From NCBI GenBank assembly GCA_038231135.1, contig JBBRLX010000005.1, positions 123,339 to 187,338 on the forward strand: DNA of 64,000 nt, in the 5' to 3' direction. Made by a program: the position numbers and the translations under genes. The notes under the pieces are model-generated. The model saw only the letters and a program-made list of their open reading frames with translations, searched no databases and had not been told where the DNA came from. Source of the DNA: Candidatus Eiseniibacteriota bacterium. Lineage in GTDB: Bacteria > Eisenbacteria > RBG-16-71-46. Each line of letters opens with the position of its first letter. Within the stretch, counting starts at the first letter, position 1. Positions 60,213-64,000 of the stretch are shown in pieces.

Positions 60213-60474
60213 GGTGCCGCCTCCTAGTCTGCGCTCCTCCCAACAGGTCGGGGACGAACAAGAAGCTATCACCCTGCGGATGCTTAGAGCACTCGACCGC
60301 GCGGCTGGTCCGAGGCGCGTGCTTCGAGGCTTGCCAGCCTCCCCCCACCGTGTTCTTCTGTACGTGATAATCGGTTTTAGCACGTATTCACTCATCCCTG
60401 TGCTCAAGGGCCCCCGGTAGGATCCCGGGGACACCCTCCGGTAGGACCTTGAGAATCTCCAATTGCCCCCTGCG

Positions 60475-60504
60475 CCCCGGTTCGAATCCGGGTGCCGCCT
60501 CCAA
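60475..60504 (+). repeat. attR-like copy of the tRNA-Cys 3' end
   Basis: CCCCGGTTCGAATCCGGGTGCCGCCTCCAA. Confidence 0.92.
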
Positions 60505-60516
60505 ATTCCTCGCAAA

Positions 60517-61527
60517 TCAGCCCGCCGGCGCCCGCTCGTCGTGAGGTATGACCTGGACCACGACGATGCCGGTCTTCTGTCCGGTGCCGACGTAGCGGTA
60601 GGCGTCGGCGATCTCGTCCAGGGGATAGCTGCGATCGATGACCGCCCGGAACTGGCCAGCCTGGATGCGGCCCCTCATGAAGTCGACGAATGCGTGGCCG
60701 CTTCCCCGCGCCGGAAGGGGAACGATGACCCGGTTGCTCCGCGTGATCGCTGACCAGAGTATGAGCGGCAGATACTCCCACCGCGGGCCGACATCCGTCG
60801 CCATGAACACCCCGTCGAGCTTGAGCAGGCGCCGACACCGGTAGTAGCCAGCCTTGCCGACCGCGTCAAAAATGACATCGAAACGCTCGCCGATCCCAGT
60901 GAAGTCCTGGGCGGTGTAATCGATCGCGCGATCCGCGCCGAGGGACGTGACGAGTTCGAGATGCCGCGTGGCGACGACCGCGGTGACCTCGGCGCCGTAG
61001 GACTTCGCCAGCTGGAGGGCGGCCGTGCCGATGGCGCCGGACGCGCCATAAATCAGAATCTTGTGACCCGGCCCGACGTGGAATTGCTTTAGACCGGTGT
61101 TCGCATAGAAGGCGCCTTCGCACACCACGGCTTCCTCGAAGCGAGTTCCTGCCGGCATTGAGGCGATGGGCCCGTGCTCGGGCACGCAGGCATATTCCGC
61201 ATGCGCGCCATTGCTCCTCGACGGACACATGCCGAACACGCGGTCGCCCGGCTTGAACGATGTAACGCCGGCGCCCACCGCTGCGACTTCGCCGGCGAAA
61301 TCCAGCCCGAAGATCGAGCGCCTCGGCCGGAGGAGCCCATAGCCCAGCCCGAACGCAAAGATGAGCCGCGCGAGGAACGGCATTCGGAGCTCACCGTAAT
61401 CCGTCCGGTTGACCGTCGTCGCATACACCCGAACCAGAACCTCGCCGGCCCCGGGCGCCGGCTTCGGCACCTCGCGTATCTTCACGATGTCGGGTGATCC
61501 GTAACGCGTGATGACAGCCGCTTTCAT
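60517..61527 (-). CDS. MDR-family NAD(P)-dependent oxidoreductase
   Basis: GLDFAG, GASGAIG, FDAVG, VIDRSYPL. Confidence 0.92.
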   Translation of the reverse strand: MKAAVITRYGSPDIVKIREVPKPAPGAGEVLVRVYATTVNRTDYGELRMPFLARLIFAFGLGYGLLRPRRSIFGLDFAGEVAAVGAGVTSFKPGDRVFGMCPSRSNGAHAEYACVPEHGPIASMPAGTRFEEAVVCEGAFYANTGLKQFHVGPGHKILIYGASGAIGTAALQLAKSYGAEVTAVVATRHLELVTSLGADRAIDYTAQDFTGIGERFDVIFDAVGKAGYYRCRRLLKLDGVFMATDVGPRWEYLPLILWSAITRSNRVIVPLPARGSGHAFVDFMRGRIQAGQFRAVIDRSYPLDEIADAYRYVGTGQKTGIVVVQVIPHDERAPAG

Positions 61528-61534
61528 CGGATCG

Positions 61535-64000
61535 CTACCTGAACTCGCGAATCAGCACCACGTCCGACGGCCGCGTGGAAGCCTCGACGACCAGACGCCG
61601 GCTGTCGGGCATCCATCGAAAACTGCTGACGACCTCGGGTGAGATCTGCGTGACCCGGACCGGCTTGCCGCCTTCCGGGTCGGTCATCCACAGATCCACG
61701 CGTTCACCTGTACGAACGAGGATCCCGAGACGGCGTCCATCGGGCGACCACGCGTGCTTCACGATGCGTCCGTCGGTGACGTGTGTCACCGGGGTGGGCC
61801 CGCTACCGTCGAGCGAACTCCGAAACACGTTCCAGGCTGGATCGCTTCGGTCGAGGTAGGTCACGGAGCGCCCGTCGGGCGCCCAGCGGAAGTCGGTGGC
61901 ATTGGCGGGCGGGCGCACGACGGATGTCGCCGCGCCGCCTTCGACCGGGAAAATCTCGAAGCGGTTTCGCTGGATTCCCTGCGCGTCGGACTCGGGTCGA
62001 CCCACAACCAGGAAGCGGGAGTCCGGCGAGAACGTCGCCGCACCGGAACTGCCGTCGAAGTGCCGCAGGACACGGCCGTCGGCGGCGGAAATGAGCTCGA
62101 GGTTGCCAGGTGTCTCGCTTTCGACGATTACGTGGCGTCCGTCGCGGGAGAGTTCCACCACCTGGGAGCGCGCGTCCCGCGTGAGCTGTCGCAGCGAGCC
62201 TCCGCCAGCATTCATCAACCACACCTGAATCCCGGTGCTGTCGAGGTGATCGAATGCGATCACGCCGGCGGCCGAAGTCGGGTTGAAGGCAAAAGAGTCC
62301 ATGCCGGTCAGCGCTCGCGGCGCTCCGCCGTCCGTGTCGATCGCCCAGACCTGCAGGACTCCATTCCTGGGGGAGCTGCACAAGATCGTGCCAGTATCGG
62401 ATGGAGTGGCTTGTGTGAACGAATTCTCGGGACCGGTCGCGGTGGTGAGCCGGCGCACGGTGGGTCCATCGGCATCGGCGAGGTAGATGAATGTGCTCTT
62501 GCTGGCGCGCACCGCGGCCAGGGTCTCGTCGGAGAGCGACGCCGACACGTTGCCGTAGTCGTTGAAATCGTTTGTGACGCGCGACGGTCGCCCCTCCGGA
62601 TACGGATACAGCACGATGTGGCGGTAGATCGACGTCGCCAGGAACTGCCCGCTCACCGCGAGGGCGGTGCCACGGTGAACCCAGGTGACCGAAGTGGGAA
62701 ACGTACGGGCGAGGTTCACCCAATCCCTGCGCCGTCCGTCCCGCGGGTCGAACAGTGCGATCGTAACCTGTGGGCCCGGGCCGGTATCACCGAGGACTGC
62801 GGCGATCTGAGTTCCGTCGGGCGACCACGACGGCGAACCGAGGAAGTCTACCGGCTTGGCAATTTCGGCGAGGATCCGTTCCTGTCGCTTGCCGATGTCG
62901 AGGACGATCAGCCGGTCCGGAGCCGGCGTCGAGGCATGACGCACGAATACCAGCTGCCTGCCGTCCGGAGACAGGCTCGCTCGAGAGTCCACGTCGAAAG
63001 CAATCTCGTTCGGCTGGCCACCCAGGGAGGGCACCTGGTAGAGCGACTTGTAGGCCTGGCGGTCGGGGCGGGGCACCGTGTAGAACAGATAATTACCGTC
63101 GGGGGAAAACGACGGAAAACCGAGGAGCGCGTCACGGGGAGGCACGATGACCACGTCGCTGCCGGTCGCCACCTGGCGAACGGTCAGGGTCCGCTTTCCC
63201 GCCCTGTCGGAGATGTAGGCGAGGTACCGACCGTCGGGAGACAGCGTTGCGTCCGCGACATCACCCGAGCTGGTCAGAGTCGTCATGCGCATGTTCTGGA
63301 ACGACTCCACACGCGGATTGCCGCGCCGCAGACTCCACCAGGCGAGTGCCATCGCCGCCAGCACGACGACGCCGGTCACGATCCAGGGGAGCAGGCTCGA
63401 GCGTTTTGGGATGGCTACGGCGACGGATGCCGCAGAGGACAGGCTGCCGGAGCTGGCCGAGGCCGAAAGCGCGTCGTATTCGGCTTCGATCTCGCGGAGT
63501 TCGAGCGCCAGGTCCTTCATGGACTGGAGCCGTTGTTCGGGGTTCTTGTGCAGGCAGCGCCGGATCAGGCGGCGCAGTTCGGCCGGGACCCGCGCGTTGA
63601 TCTCCTCCACCGGCACGGGCGTGTCGTTGAGAACCTTGTGCATAGTCTCGATGGACGAGTCCGCCGCGAATGCGCGGCGACCGGTGGCCGCCTCGTACAG
63701 AATGCAGCCGAACGAGAAGATGTCGGACCGGTGGTCAACGCCCTTGCCTCGCACCTGTTCGGGCGACATGTAGGCGGCGGTGCCGACGACCATCCCCTCG
63801 CTGGTGCGGTCATGGGCAACGGTCGGCGCGTTGGTGGCGTCGGGGTCGGCATCGCTCAACTCCGTGAGCTTGGCGAGGCCGAAGTCGAGCACCTTGGCGA
63901 AGCCGTCGCTCGTGACCATGATGTTGCCCGGCTTGAGATCGCGGTGGACGATGCCGGCCGCGTGCGCCTTGGCGATACCGTCGGCCGCCTGGGCGAGCCA
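61535..64000 (-). CDS. Ser/Thr protein kinase with TM and TolB-like propeller repeats (5' end outside the window)
   Basis: HRDLKPGN, DFGLAK, GTAAYMSPEQ, repeated SPDG blades. Confidence 0.95.
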   Translation of the reverse strand, partial: WLAQAADGIAKAHAAGIVHRDLKPGNIMVTSDGFAKVLDFGLAKLTELSDADPDATNAPTVAHDRTSEGMVVGTAAYMSPEQVRGKGVDHRSDIFSFGCILYEAATGRRAFAADSSIETMHKVLNDTPVPVEEINARVPAELRRLIRRCLHKNPEQRLQSMKDLALELREIEAEYDALSASASSGSLSSAASVAVAIPKRSSLLPWIVTGVVVLAAMALAWWSLRRGNPRVESFQNMRMTTLTSSGDVADATLSPDGRYLAYISDRAGKRTLTVRQVATGSDVVIVPPRDALLGFPSFSPDGNYLFYTVPRPDRQAYKSLYQVPSLGGQPNEIAFDVDSRASLSPDGRQLVFVRHASTPAPDRLIVLDIGKRQERILAEIAKPVDFLGSPSWSPDGTQIAAVLGDTGPGPQVTIALFDPRDGRRRDWVNLARTFPTSVTWVHRGTALAVSGQFLATSIYRHIVLYPYPEGRPSRVTNDFNDYGNVSASLSDETLAAVRASKSTFIYLADADGPTVRRLTTATGPENSFTQATPSDTGTILCSSPRNGVLQVWAIDTDGGAPRALTGMDSFAFNPTSAAGVIAFDHLDSTGIQVWLMNAGGGSLRQLTRDARSQVVELSRDGRHVIVESETPGNLELISAADGRVLRHFDGSSGAATFSPDSRFLVVGRPESDAQGIQRNRFEIFPVEGGAATSVVRPPANATDFRWAPDGRSVTYLDRSDPAWNVFRSSLDGSGPTPVTHVTDGRIVKHAWSPDGRRLGILVRTGERVDLWMTDPEGGKPVRVTQISPEVVSSFRWMPDSRRLVVEASTRPSDVVLIREFR

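Larger units (their letters stand above)
56906..60504. mobile_element. Small genomic island at tRNA-Cys, no integrase
   Basis: Exact 30-bp direct repeat 56906-56935 = 60475-60504; visibly lower GC inside; TA cargo. Confidence 0.85.

Noticed and set aside
60475..60504. Second tRNA gene
   Set aside because: Only the T-arm and 3' acceptor strand are present; it is an att-type copy.

Overview
Very GC-rich bacterial chromosome segment. The gene content (Fn3-rich secreted proteins, TolB-like Ser/Thr kinase, OmpA with TSP3 repeats) would fit a diderm lineage such as Ca. Eisenbacteria, but that is a guess. 1-4.4 kb: three secreted proteins that share a C-terminal 'DTIPPxAIxDL'-type tail, one of them an Fn3 domain lacking its first strand. 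4.5-12.5 kb: a convergent sugar/cyclitol-modification cluster (SAM methyltransferase, GT4-cupin fusion, nucleotidyltransferase, divergent GH4, ROK kinase, NDP-sugar reductase fused to a non-canonical DHQS-like cyclase). 12.7-56 kb: mostly ordinary genes (peptidases, OmpA, malQ, two histidine kinases, REC-GGDEF-EAL, POT and OPT transporters, pckG, GT1, msrA, OYE, argJ, RND pump, FabH-like), plus two paralogous csp genes that share a promoter and a structured 5' leader. 56.9-60.5 kb: tRNA-Cys followed by a ~3.6 kb integrase-less island bounded by a 30-bp copy of the tRNA 3' end and carrying a toxin-antitoxin pair. No CRISPR array, rRNA or transposase seen. Product calls come from motif recognition by eye, not database searches, and start codons are best estimates.
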